Assembly: GCA_031370005.1 (NCBI GenBank)
Contig: JANMPT010000077.1
Span: 32,001 to 96,000, forward strand
Reading direction: 5' to 3'
DNA: 64,000 bases
Source of the DNA: Bdellovibrionales bacterium
GTDB taxonomy: Bacteria > Bdellovibrionota > Bdellovibrionia > Bdellovibrionales > Bdellovibrionaceae
Positions 31,669 through 43,128 of the stretch are shown here, in pieces; positions within the stretch are counted from its first letter, which is position 1; the number at the start of each line of letters is the position of its first letter. The notes under the pieces are model-generated. The model was not told where the DNA came from. It saw only the letters and a list, made by a program, of their open reading frames with translations, and did no database searches. The translations under genes and the position numbers were made by a program.

Positions 31669-33279
31669 ATGATAGATCTGGGTAATTCGTATTTTATAAT
31701 TCTGGTAAGTGGTGTCGCAATCTTCCTCTATGGCATGAGTATGGCAAGTCACTCCCTTGAAAAACTCATGGCGAATAAAATCACTAGTCTCATGCACCAG
31801 CTTTCTGAAAGTAAATTTCTTTCAATCGTTGTTGGTATTTCTTTAACCACCCTGCTTCAAAGCTCGGGGGCCGTGACCTCATTGCTTGTTGGTTTGGGAT
31901 CGGCCCGAGTTATCACTCTTCGCCAAGTGATGGGTGTCATTATCGGGACCGCGATCGGCTCTACTCTGACCGTGCAGTTAATCTCTCTAGATCTCGGTCA
32001 ATATGCATTGCCGCTTTTCGCAGTGGCCTTTGTCTTTTACTTCCGCGCTAAAAAACCGCTCTTTAAAAATATCGCCATGGTTTTTATGGGATTTGGGATG
32101 CTCTTTCTAGGATTAAAATTTATTGGTGTCAGCGCCCATCACTTTGCTGAAATGGAGATGATGAAGGGCTTCTTCCAATCTCTTCGGGATAATCCGGGCT
32201 ATTCACTCTTGATATCCATGATTTTTTGTATGTTTGTACAAAGCAGTGCTGTCACTATTGGTATCGCCATGAGTCTAGCCAGTGTAAATGCAATTACGCT
32301 AAACGATGCCATGCTTTGGGTTTACGGCGCCAATATCGGAACTACTTCCGTGGCATTGATTGCCGCTGCTGGTAGCAATCACATTGGCAAACAGGTCGCT
32401 TGGGCTCACTTCTTCTATAAGGCCCTGAGTGTCCTGTTCTTTTATCCTTTCACCAATATTTTTATTGAGTTCCTCGAGAGCTTCAACACTACACCATCTC
32501 GTATCACAGCTAATGGTCACTTACTTTTCAATGTTATCTCCGCTATTGCTTTTTTTCCTTTTATTAATAAAGCAGCAAGCCTCATAGAAAAAATGTTTCC
32601 ACAAAACCCCGAAGACGCATTTGGCACGGAGTTCGTAAATCTCAATAACTATCAGAGCTCTGCTCTTGCCGTTTCCTATGCTCATCGCGAAATCATGAGA
32701 ACTGCGGATATTGTTCGCGGTATGATCGAGGACTCCATCAAACTTTTTGAATCCGCAGATCCCACACTGATTCAATCCATAAAGGAACGCGATAATAAAG
32801 TTGATTTCCTTTACCGCGAAACAAAAATGTTTCTCTTAGATCATGCCAATAAGAGCAATACGGTGGTTCATCAAAACATCATGAGCATGATTATGTTCAT
32901 CAGTGATCTTGAACGCGCTGCCGACGCCATTGATATCAACATCATTACCCTGGCAATCAAAAAAAATGCTCTGCATTTGGAATTCTCCGAAGAGGGGCTA
33001 CTGGAGATTCGCAGTCTCCATGGACAAGTCGTCATGGTGGCTCAAATGGCAATTAACTCTTATCAAACCAGAGAGCTCTGCCCTGAAGTGATCCAACTTA
33101 AACGTGAACTCACTAAACATGAAATTTCTCTGCGAGAAAATCATATCGGACGACTCAATCGCGGGATGAGAGATTCAATCAACACCAGCTCAATCCATTT
33201 GGATTTATTAAGTGAGTACCGCCGCATAGCCAGTCTTCTTTGCAACCACGCATACGCAACTCAAAAGTTACAATTATGA
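31669..33279 (+). CDS. Na/Pi cotransporter family protein with PhoU-like C-terminus
   Basis: Two QSS repeats, GTAIGST / GANIGTT, helical tail with DLERAAD. Confidence 0.88.
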   Translation: MIDLGNSYFIILVSGVAIFLYGMSMASHSLEKLMANKITSLMHQLSESKFLSIVVGISLTTLLQSSGAVTSLLVGLGSARVITLRQVMGVIIGTAIGSTLTVQLISLDLGQYALPLFAVAFVFYFRAKKPLFKNIAMVFMGFGMLFLGLKFIGVSAHHFAEMEMMKGFFQSLRDNPGYSLLISMIFCMFVQSSAVTIGIAMSLASVNAITLNDAMLWVYGANIGTTSVALIAAAGSNHIGKQVAWAHFFYKALSVLFFYPFTNIFIEFLESFNTTPSRITANGHLLFNVISAIAFFPFINKAASLIEKMFPQNPEDAFGTEFVNLNNYQSSALAVSYAHREIMRTADIVRGMIEDSIKLFESADPTLIQSIKERDNKVDFLYRETKMFLLDHANKSNTVVHQNIMSMIMFISDLERAADAIDINIITLAIKKNALHLEFSEEGLLEIRSLHGQVVMVAQMAINSYQTRELCPEVIQLKRELTKHEISLRENHIGRLNRGMRDSINTSSIHLDLLSEYRRIASLLCNHAYATQKLQL

Positions 33280-33849
33280 CTAGCGTAGTGGTCGAACTTT
33301 TTGAGTGGCCTTTAAGATAGACTCAAACTCTTTTTGAAACTTTAGCATCACATCATAAGCAACAATCTCAGGAGATAGTTTTAAGTCTTCTAAGGCACAA
33401 GTCTCAACTGGCGTTCCCCTGTTTGTGCAATTCATAGCTAAATGAATCATTGTTGATACTGGAGACTTTGCCGCGACACTAATATTAAGCTTCTTTTCAC
33501 CCCAGAAAATATCATCTCCATCGCGTTCTAAGGCATGTTTTCCCAAGACTGCATGAGCCTCAGTCTGCAAATAGTCCCGAACCATTGATGAAAAAAGTCT
33601 TTGTAAAGTAACACCTGAAAACAAATCCCTATCGAAAATTTCAATAATGAAATGTAGCATTTCGGCCCCCTCAATTGGAGACTTTGCCAACAGGTCTTCA
33701 CCGTCCACCATATGCTCAAAAGATACCTTGCACGGGCCAATCCAACTAATAATAGAATTCCCCAGAATGCCATAGGTTAAATACGCAAATAAAGACCTTA
33801 ATTGTGCTCCATCATATGTGAATTTATCTTTGATAAAAAGACTTTGCAT
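33280..33849 (-). CDS. DUF366 family protein
   Basis: YDGAQL, GPC.V...MVD.ED, MLHFIIE, R.GDD, KL.IS.A recalled as DUF366. Confidence 0.75.
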   Translation of the reverse strand: MQSLFIKDKFTYDGAQLRSLFAYLTYGILGNSIISWIGPCKVSFEHMVDGEDLLAKSPIEGAEMLHFIIEIFDRDLFSGVTLQRLFSSMVRDYLQTEAHAVLGKHALERDGDDIFWGEKKLNISVAAKSPVSTMIHLAMNCTNRGTPVETCALEDLKLSPEIVAYDVMLKFQKEFESILKATQKVRPLR

Positions 33850-33857
33850 AAATTCCC

Positions 33858-34544
33858 CTAGGTCAAATATAGGTTAGAAACATCTACTCCGGCGGCTACA
33901 AAGGCACGTTTCGAACGCAGACAGGACTCACACTGGCCGCACCATTTCTCTTCGGAAAAGTAACATGGCCACAGCAAATACCAAGGTATATTCAAGGATA
34001 TCCCTTTTTTGACAATCTCGGGTTTCTGCAGTCTTACAGTAAAGCACTCAACTTGAACATGATTCGCAGTGGAATAAGATAATACACTACTGAGTCCTTT
34101 CATGAAGGCTTCTGAATTATCAGGAAAAGTCGATGCTTCTTCTGCATTAAATCCAGGAATTATAATATCGGCTCCCAGGGCTTCGGCAAAGGCGGCTCCA
34201 ATATTTAAAAAAATTCCATTGCGATTTGGCACCCATACAGACTTTGCTGTCTGCAAAGACTGCTCGTGACTTTGAATATTAACGGCCACCCCAGTGGGAA
34301 CCTGCTCTGAATCTACTAAAAGTGATGATTTATTAAAATCCTTAAACCAAGGAAGTGAAAGAGTCTTGTGTGAAACCCCAAGATAGGAGGCAAGTCTTGC
34401 TGAATGCTCTAGCTCTTTTTTTGCAGCCTTTTGCCCGTAATCAAAGGTCAGCGCTAAAATCACTTCCTCTTTTTGATGAGCCTCGAAAAGATTTACTGTA
34501 GAATCTAGCCCTGAAGATAGTAGTACGACGGCTTTTCTTTTCAT
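33858..34544 (-). CDS. queC: 7-cyano-7-deazaguanine synthase
   Basis: SSGLDS, FDYGQ, VPNRN, FPD, CY...CGQCESC. Confidence 0.93.
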   Translation of the reverse strand: MKRKAVVLLSSGLDSTVNLFEAHQKEEVILALTFDYGQKAAKKELEHSARLASYLGVSHKTLSLPWFKDFNKSSLLVDSEQVPTGVAVNIQSHEQSLQTAKSVWVPNRNGIFLNIGAAFAEALGADIIIPGFNAEEASTFPDNSEAFMKGLSSVLSYSTANHVQVECFTVRLQKPEIVKKGISLNIPWYLLWPCYFSEEKWCGQCESCLRSKRAFVAAGVDVSNLYLT

Positions 34545-34568
34545 GAGTTTTAAACCTTTAATAATTTG

Positions 34569-36284
34569 CTAAATGCTAAGCTTCAAATCGCGAACTAAAA
34601 TCTGTATGCTCTTCTGACCAGCAAAGTAATTCCACTGAAGCTCACCAAGAACATCCAAAAACGCAGACTGACCTTCCAAAAGCATCAGATGCCTTGGCAA
34701 TGGAGAAAATAAAAGTGCTTCGTGACTTCCCAGTCCATCTTTTTCCGTCAAGCGAAGTCGCCAATGACCACCCTTAAGACTTCTCTTCGAATGCAAGATC
34801 ACCTTTTGGAAATGAATCAAGGGAGTCGAAAAACCCGCCCCAAAAGGACCGACAAAATCATACCACTTCATTAAGGGAGCCCCAATATCGCTGAGTCTTG
34901 CTTCAACATCATAAAGCACTTCAAAAGCTTTGGGCCTTTCATAAAGTTCAAAAAAATGAGAATCCAATCGGTCAATCACTGCTGGTAACATATCGCTGTG
35001 CAGTTCAAAACCCGAGGCCGCCGAATGGCCACCAAAACGACTTAAGAGTTCACTCGCAGAACTTAAGGCATTGACCAAGCAGACCTCTTGGCCTGACGGT
35101 AAACGAGCACTTCCAACAATGACATTGTCTTCACCCCAGGCCCCCACAAAGGCCGGCTGGTTAAAGACTTGAGCCAACTTCGTTGCAATAAGTCCGACAA
35201 TACCACGATGAAATTTTCTGGAGGTAACAAAAATAAAATTCTTATGTGACCAACTCTTTAGTAGATCCATGGCTTCCGCCTCAGCATCACTTTGTAGTTG
35301 CACCCGTGTAGAGTTGTTTTTCAGTACCTGACGAACCATCTCATTGGCCTTGGATTCATCTGTCACTAAGAACAAATCAATTGGTAAAATACCAGATTCC
35401 ATTCGACTGAGAGCATTGAGTTTTGGCGCAAACCGAATAGCCACATCTTGGCTTGTTAATGCGCGATTTTCCAAACCTAATTCAATTAGTAAGGCTCGCA
35501 AACCCGAACGTTTAGTCTCTGCTAGTTTCAATAAACCATGCTTAACTAGAACACGATTGTCATCCAGCAGTGGGACCATATCGGTCAAGGTTGCAATGGT
35601 AAAAAAATCCAAGACTTCTTTAAGATCAAAATTATTTTTCGGCAAAGTTGGATGATCAAAAAAATATCGTTTCAAAGCGCGAAGAAGATAAAAGGCTACT
35701 CCCGCTCCACAAAGATAACCCAAGCCTGAATCGTCAGTTGCTTGATTGGGATTTATGATCACAAATGCCGAAGGCAAGGTCGCCCCAGGAAGGTGATGGT
35801 CCGTAAGAATGACATCAATCCCAAGACTCTGGGCTTTTTCCACCGCAGAATTCGCAGTGATCCCAACATCCACTGTGATGATCAAAGAAACCCCTTGCTT
35901 GTGTAACTCCTCCACAGCATGAGTATGAAAGCCATAGCCCTCGGAGAGACGCTTAGGTTGGTAATGCAACACTTCACTGAAGCCTAAAGCCAACATTCCA
36001 GTTTTTAGTAAGGCCAAACCTGAGGTTCCGTCCAAATCAAAATCAGCATAAATACAGATTTTTTCTTTGTTAAGGGCTGCGTGACCAAGGCGAGCAACCG
36101 CCTTCTCCATACCCTTTAACAGCAAGGGATCTTTAAGACCCGTAAGCTTAGGAAAAAGAAGCGTATCAACCTGTTCTGAGTTAACAAAGCCACGTGAGGC
36201 AAGAATTTTTCCGATTAAAGTCGGAAAAGGACCCTCTGCAGGTCTAACTTCTTGATCTCTCGATCTCCACAGAGGACTTATCAT
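34569..36284 (-). CDS. recJ: ssDNA exonuclease RecJ
   Basis: DFDLDG, EGYG, TVDVG, TDHH, GSAR, FGGHSAASG, PFGAG. Confidence 0.92.
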   Translation of the reverse strand: MISPLWRSRDQEVRPAEGPFPTLIGKILASRGFVNSEQVDTLLFPKLTGLKDPLLLKGMEKAVARLGHAALNKEKICIYADFDLDGTSGLALLKTGMLALGFSEVLHYQPKRLSEGYGFHTHAVEELHKQGVSLIITVDVGITANSAVEKAQSLGIDVILTDHHLPGATLPSAFVIINPNQATDDSGLGYLCGAGVAFYLLRALKRYFFDHPTLPKNNFDLKEVLDFFTIATLTDMVPLLDDNRVLVKHGLLKLAETKRSGLRALLIELGLENRALTSQDVAIRFAPKLNALSRMESGILPIDLFLVTDESKANEMVRQVLKNNSTRVQLQSDAEAEAMDLLKSWSHKNFIFVTSRKFHRGIVGLIATKLAQVFNQPAFVGAWGEDNVIVGSARLPSGQEVCLVNALSSASELLSRFGGHSAASGFELHSDMLPAVIDRLDSHFFELYERPKAFEVLYDVEARLSDIGAPLMKWYDFVGPFGAGFSTPLIHFQKVILHSKRSLKGGHWRLRLTEKDGLGSHEALLFSPLPRHLMLLEGQSAFLDVLGELQWNYFAGQKSIQILVRDLKLSI

Positions 36285-36321
36285 TCAGGCTCCCAGATAA
36301 TTTGATGATGAAACCAACTTA

Positions 36322-37287
36322 CTAAGCTGGCTTTCTTGCCATCTGCAATTTCTCCATCATTAACACCAAAGGTGCTGCTACATAGATAGATGAATAGGTA
36401 CCAAAAAAGATACCAATGCAAATCGCAAAGGCAATATCTGAAACAGTTCCATCCGTAAACAAATACAAACAAAGCGCAGAGACAAAAGTTGTCCCGGAGG
36501 TGATGATAGTGCGGCCAACCATGTCATTGATTGCCTTATTGATAATATAATAAATTCCCTTATCCCGGTAATGACTTTCAGTCTCACGAATACGATCAAA
36601 TACCACGATGGTATCATTTAGTGAAAATCCGATAAGTGACAATAGTGCCGCCAAAACTGGGACATTTACTTCTTTACCTACAAGAACAAAAATCGCCAGC
36701 GTAATCACCACATCGTGAATTAGACAAATAACGGCCCCTGGAGCAAATTTATAATCAAACCGAAGCCCGACATAAACGAGGATCACTAACAAACAATAAA
36801 AAACTGCAAGAAAGCCATTACGCTTTAACTCTGCACCGACCTGAGGCCCCACTGTATCAACACGGCGGATATCTGGTTTGAAACTACCGAGTTCCGTTGT
36901 GACAGCCTCTTTAAGTTTTGCAATGGACTCATTAAGAAATTCATTGGTTTCTTTATCTGTTTTTCCTTGATGACCTTGGAAACGAATAACATATTCGCTT
37001 TGTTCACCAAAACCCTGAACCCCAACTTCACCAAGATTTAACTTCTCAGCAACTTGACGAACTTGATGAATAGTCACTGGCTCTGCAAACTTCACCTGCA
37101 TCTCTGTCCCGCCCTTGAAATCAATCCCCCAAGATATTCCGTGAACACCAAGATACACCAGGGAGAGGACAACGAGCAGAGCCGAAACTCCACCGAAGAG
37201 ACCCACTTTGCCAACGAAATCAAAACGGCCAGAAGACTCTTGCGTTTTTACTGAATTTTTATTTACTTTTTTTTCCATGTTATGCAC
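36322..37287 (-). CDS. secF: Protein translocase subunit SecF
   Basis: GIDFKGGT, VGPQVG, IHD, SLNDTIVVFDRIRE, GTYSS. Confidence 0.95.
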   Translation of the reverse strand: MHNMEKKVNKNSVKTQESSGRFDFVGKVGLFGGVSALLVVLSLVYLGVHGISWGIDFKGGTEMQVKFAEPVTIHQVRQVAEKLNLGEVGVQGFGEQSEYVIRFQGHQGKTDKETNEFLNESIAKLKEAVTTELGSFKPDIRRVDTVGPQVGAELKRNGFLAVFYCLLVILVYVGLRFDYKFAPGAVICLIHDVVITLAIFVLVGKEVNVPVLAALLSLIGFSLNDTIVVFDRIRETESHYRDKGIYYIINKAINDMVGRTIITSGTTFVSALCLYLFTDGTVSDIAFAICIGIFFGTYSSIYVAAPLVLMMEKLQMARKPA

Positions 37288-38977
37288 CTACAGATAATTT
37301 CTTAACGCCAAATTTTGTGACCAAAGTATCTACGATCACTTTAGATAAAAAGACATTGGCAAACATTGTCGTTACAATACCAATCAACAAGTTCACTGCA
37401 AAACCACGAACTGGCCCTGTTCCGAAGTACAACAAAACCACAGCGGTCGACGCCGTTGTAATATTTGCATCTACAATGGCGGACATTGCGCGATGATAGC
37501 CTTCTGAAAGCGCATGTTTCCATGAAGCCCCGGCACGAAGTTCCTCACGAATACGTTCATTAATCAAAACGTTCGCATCCACCGCAAAGCCCACAGTCAA
37601 GGCAATTGCCGCAATCCCTGGTAAAGTCAAAGTCGCACCAAGAGAGGTCAACAACGCAAGCACACCCATGATATTAACTGCCAAACAGATATCAGCAATC
37701 ACGCCCATGGATCTATAATATAGTGCCATGAAGATGACGATTAAGATCGCGCCAATGTAAGAGGCCGTTTTAGCTTTATTGATTGAGTCAGAACCCAAGG
37801 AAGGTCCGACACGACGCTCTTCTAATTGCTCCAAAGTCGCAGGCAGGGCACCAGCACGAAGTGAGGTGGAAATCATTTTCGCCTCATCAATGCCTTTTTG
37901 GCGATCTCGTCCACCACCCAAAGTGATCACCGCACGTCCCCCGGAGATCCGATCTTTAACATTGGGGGCTGACTTAACAACTTTATCTAAAACAATCGCC
38001 ATGCGTTGGCCGACGTGAGTCCCCGTCAAATTTGCAAATTGATTCGCACCTGCGCTATTGAAGGACAATGCCACCTCTGGCTCTCCGTACTGCCCATAGC
38101 TAACGAAAGCGTCGTCAAGTGCAGAGCCATTGAGATCTGTATCTGTTTTCAAAAGATAAGGAATTGCACCGATTTCCATCTTGGTCGCATTCTCTGATTT
38201 TTCAAAATATAAAACAGTTTTCTCTGGAAGCTTTCCCTTTAGATCATTATTGAGGCGGTTAACGAACGCGGTGTACTTCATGGTCGCCATACTATAGCCA
38301 CCAGCTTTCTCAGCTTCAGCAATCAGTGCTTGAAGCTCCTGGGTGGATTTTTCAGTGGAGACAATCATGAAATCCAATTTTGCAGTGGTGTTGATAAGCG
38401 ATTTCGCTTTTTCGGCATCAGCCATTCCAGGAAGTTGAACCAGGATACGATTTGCGCCCTGTTGAGTAATACTTGGCTCTGCCACACCGAACTCATCGAT
38501 ACGATTGCGAATCGTCTCAATGGCCTGATGGATGACTTTTTGCTTGTAATCATTAATGTACGTATCGTAATAGCGAACGACTATTTGGTTCTCACTATTT
38601 GTCATTTCCTGCAATGTCGAGCCATATTGTTTTGAAAGAATCTCACTAACTTTTTCTTTTGAGGCTGCATCTGCCGTCTTAATGGTGATCTCGCCGCTTT
38701 CAGTGCCATCAGCTTTTATCTCAGTCACGTTGATATTTTCTTTGGCAAACTCCGCCTTGAGACTATTCACCAAGCGGGTCGTGCTCTCGGACAGGACACT
38801 AGCAACATCCACGCCCAACACAAGGTGTAAGCCCCCTTGAATATCCAATCCGAAGTTCAGCTTTGCTTTAGATGGCCACCATTTATTATCCATATTCACA
38901 AAATTTGGAGCAATCCAAATAACACCAAGGGCAACACCCAATACTGCGAGTACGCTTCTCCAGCCCAAACTGTTCAT
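37280..38977 (-). CDS. secD: Protein translocase subunit SecD
   Basis: GLDIQGG, RIDEFGVAEP, VGPSLG, TLTLPGIA, AVDANVLINERIREE. Confidence 0.95.
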   Translation of the reverse strand: MNSLGWRSVLAVLGVALGVIWIAPNFVNMDNKWWPSKAKLNFGLDIQGGLHLVLGVDVASVLSESTTRLVNSLKAEFAKENINVTEIKADGTESGEITIKTADAASKEKVSEILSKQYGSTLQEMTNSENQIVVRYYDTYINDYKQKVIHQAIETIRNRIDEFGVAEPSITQQGANRILVQLPGMADAEKAKSLINTTAKLDFMIVSTEKSTQELQALIAEAEKAGGYSMATMKYTAFVNRLNNDLKGKLPEKTVLYFEKSENATKMEIGAIPYLLKTDTDLNGSALDDAFVSYGQYGEPEVALSFNSAGANQFANLTGTHVGQRMAIVLDKVVKSAPNVKDRISGGRAVITLGGGRDRQKGIDEAKMISTSLRAGALPATLEQLEERRVGPSLGSDSINKAKTASYIGAILIVIFMALYYRSMGVIADICLAVNIMGVLALLTSLGATLTLPGIAAIALTVGFAVDANVLINERIREELRAGASWKHALSEGYHRAMSAIVDANITTASTAVVLLYFGTGPVRGFAVNLLIGIVTTMFANVFLSKVIVDTLVTKFGVKKLSVGA

Positions 38978-39315
38978 TAGCTCTTTCCTTCTTTTGCTTT
39001 TGCTTGCGATGACAAGATCTGACTGCGTAAAATCTTAATGCGAACTTCGTCCGCAATTTCCAAAGTCACAAAGTTATCGTTGATACCCTCAATAGTACCG
39101 AGAATACCACCAGTGGTAATAACTGCGTCACCGCGCTTAAGCTCGGTTACAAACTTCTGATGATCTTTTTGTTTTTTTGCCTGAGGACGGATGATCAAAA
39201 AATAGAAAATTACAAAAATAAAAATAAATGGCAAAAACATCTCAATACTCGATGGTTGCGATCCGCCACCTGCCGCTTGAGCAAACGCTTTTGTACCAAA
39301 CAATATCCAAAACAT
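38977..39315 (-). CDS. yajC: Preprotein translocase subunit YajC
   Basis: YFLIIRPQ, GDAVITTGGILG; GGAGG before ATG 39315. Confidence 0.93.
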   Translation of the reverse strand: MFWILFGTKAFAQAAGGGSQPSSIEMFLPFIFIFVIFYFLIIRPQAKKQKDHQKFVTELKRGDAVITTGGILGTIEGINDNFVTLEIADEVRIKILRSQILSSQAKAKEGKS

Positions 39316-39401
39316 GAACAACCTCCACACATTATTGAAAGAAAAATTGATCATGTTCTGCTAGCGAAATCAATCGTTTATGATGGAGAGGCAGATTTCC
39401 C

Positions 39402-41536
<2,135 letters not shown>

Positions 41537-41553
41537 ACCATGAGACTTAACAC

Positions 41554-41580
41554 AAAAAAATGCGGGGCGTAAGCCCCGCA
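41554..41580 (-). terminator. Intrinsic terminator
   Basis: Perfect TGCGGGGC / GCCCCGCA stem, 4-nt loop, followed by T7 on the minus strand. Confidence 0.8.
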
Positions 41581-41634
41581 TAACTTTCTTTGGGGAACCA
41601 CCGAACCCAAAAAAAGTCGTAAAATAGTAAATTT

Positions 41635-41805
41635 TCACGCACCTTGTTTAAACTTTTCAGAATTTTCAAAAGTCTCGGGGCTAAAATCCAGATCATTGGG
41701 CTGAGCACAAATTTTTTCACGAATAAGTAAGTTCGCCCAAACCACGACGCTCAAAGCACCTGAGTAAACCGCACAAAGTAAAAACATCATTTGCCCTTCA
41801 CTCAT
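41635..41805 (-). CDS. Small single-TM protein (56 aa), missing from the ORF track
   Basis: AAGGAGG RBS; MSEGQMMFLLCAVYSGALSVVVWANLLIREKICAQPNDLDFSPETFENSEKFKQGA; followed by a terminator. Confidence 0.65.
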   Translation of the reverse strand: MSEGQMMFLLCAVYSGALSVVVWANLLIREKICAQPNDLDFSPETFENSEKFKQGA

Positions 41806-41905
41806 TGATTCCTCCTTGAATCTCGAGTCTCCATTGACGGTGGGGGTTCATCGCCATCCTAGCCGCCCCCTTTCCGTCTGAAGGAGCCTCCGTGCCCCTC
41901 TGTCT
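41806..41905 (-). promoter_or_regulatory. Structured GGA-rich leader, CsrA/RsmA-type sites
   Basis: GAGGGGC-ACGGAG-GCUCCUU hairpin, a second long stem with a GGA loop, four ANGGA motifs including the SD. Confidence 0.5.
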
Positions 41906-42110
41906 TTGTGACATCAGAAGCTCTCTACTAGGTTAATAAATCCGCCAGGTATTTTATCTAAAAATCTTTTAAACCAAGGCAAACCATACAAAAAATCACA
42001 AAAACTCAGACCAGAGTCCTGAAACACATCAGATTTTGACAATTGACTCACGCGCCAGGAATATGTTTTAAATAGCATCCTAATTGAATATAGTGATTTT
42101 TGAAATATGT

Positions 42111-42197
42111 GCCCGGGTGGCGAAATTGGTAGACGCACTAGCTTGAGGTGCTAGCGCTCGAAAGGGCGTGCTGGTTCAAGTCCAGTCCCGGGCACCA
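42111..42197 (+). tRNA. tRNA-Leu(GAG)
   Basis: GCCCGGG/CCCGGGC acceptor stem, CTAGC-TTGAGGT-GCTAG anticodon arm, long variable arm, GGTTCAAGTCC, encoded CCA. Confidence 0.97.
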
Positions 42198-42202
42198 ACT
42201 TT

Positions 42203-43128
42203 TTAAAGAATCAAAAAAGTTGGATGTAGATGAAAATAGGGAGCTAATGTTGCAAGTCCTGTAAGTGCCGAAGCGATAAACCAGCTGAGTAAAAACAACT
42301 GAGCGCGCCAATTAAAACGAGAGACTGAAAAATAATGAAGTTTCTCGTGCCATTCAACAGACCCCAGCGCCTTTCTGCCCATGGGAAAACTGCTGTAGCA
42401 AGTAAACCGAATACAGCGCCAGCTCCCCTGAAACTTCCAATAGCCCACTCGGGCAAATGCCAACAATACGCCATGCGGACTCAGTACAGAGAGCCAACGG
42501 AAGGCATATGCGGTCGCAACGAGCGCAACAGGCTCCTGGAAAAATGAAATCACATTCCAAAGCGCTACGACATAGAACCCAAGAAGCATAGGCTGATTGA
42601 GTAAAAGCAAAATTCCCACAATAACGGGCGATGTCACTTCAGTAAAAAGATCGACCTGCCGTAAACGGCTATTGAAATGCGAAAGCTCATCAGGCTTTAA
42701 GCTAGAAGGAACAAGATCATTTGCTATCGCAATATCCATAAATACAGAGCCAAGACTGCTAAGGACGCCGCCTAGAACAAGAACGGCAAATGTCGCGATA
42801 GGAAGAAAAGATCCCCAATAGTATTCGCCTTGAGTAATAACAGCGAGAACAACTATTGCGCCAACGCCAAGTAATACGCCGATAAGCTGAAGTACAATCC
42901 AAGCATCGCCGCTGTAAGACGATTGAGACGATCAATTAGCGAAGTCATCTTCGGAAGCAAAAGAACATTGAGAAGTCTCGCGAGAAAATAATAAAGCACA
43001 GCTATACGAAGCTGATCGGGAAAGACTTTTAGCAAAACGACAGGAACTGCAAAGTCCCAAGCTTGATCGCCAGATCTCGTTAGAAAGCGTCCGAGAAGAA
43101 TGCGTGCCTGAAGGCTCAGAGCTTTCAT
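42203..43128 (-). pseudogene. Fragmented ferroportin (SLC40/BbFPN-like) MFS metal exporter
   Basis: LLGRFLTRSGDQAWDF, NSRLRQVDLFTEV, WLSVLSPHGVLL, IG.FRG.GAVFGL spread over several frames, with segments and the C-terminus missing. Confidence 0.85.

Noticed and set aside
41537..41638. 34-aa N-terminal extension of QueA in the ORF track
   Set aside because: Runs through the terminator hairpin; QueA-like sequence starts at MKITD
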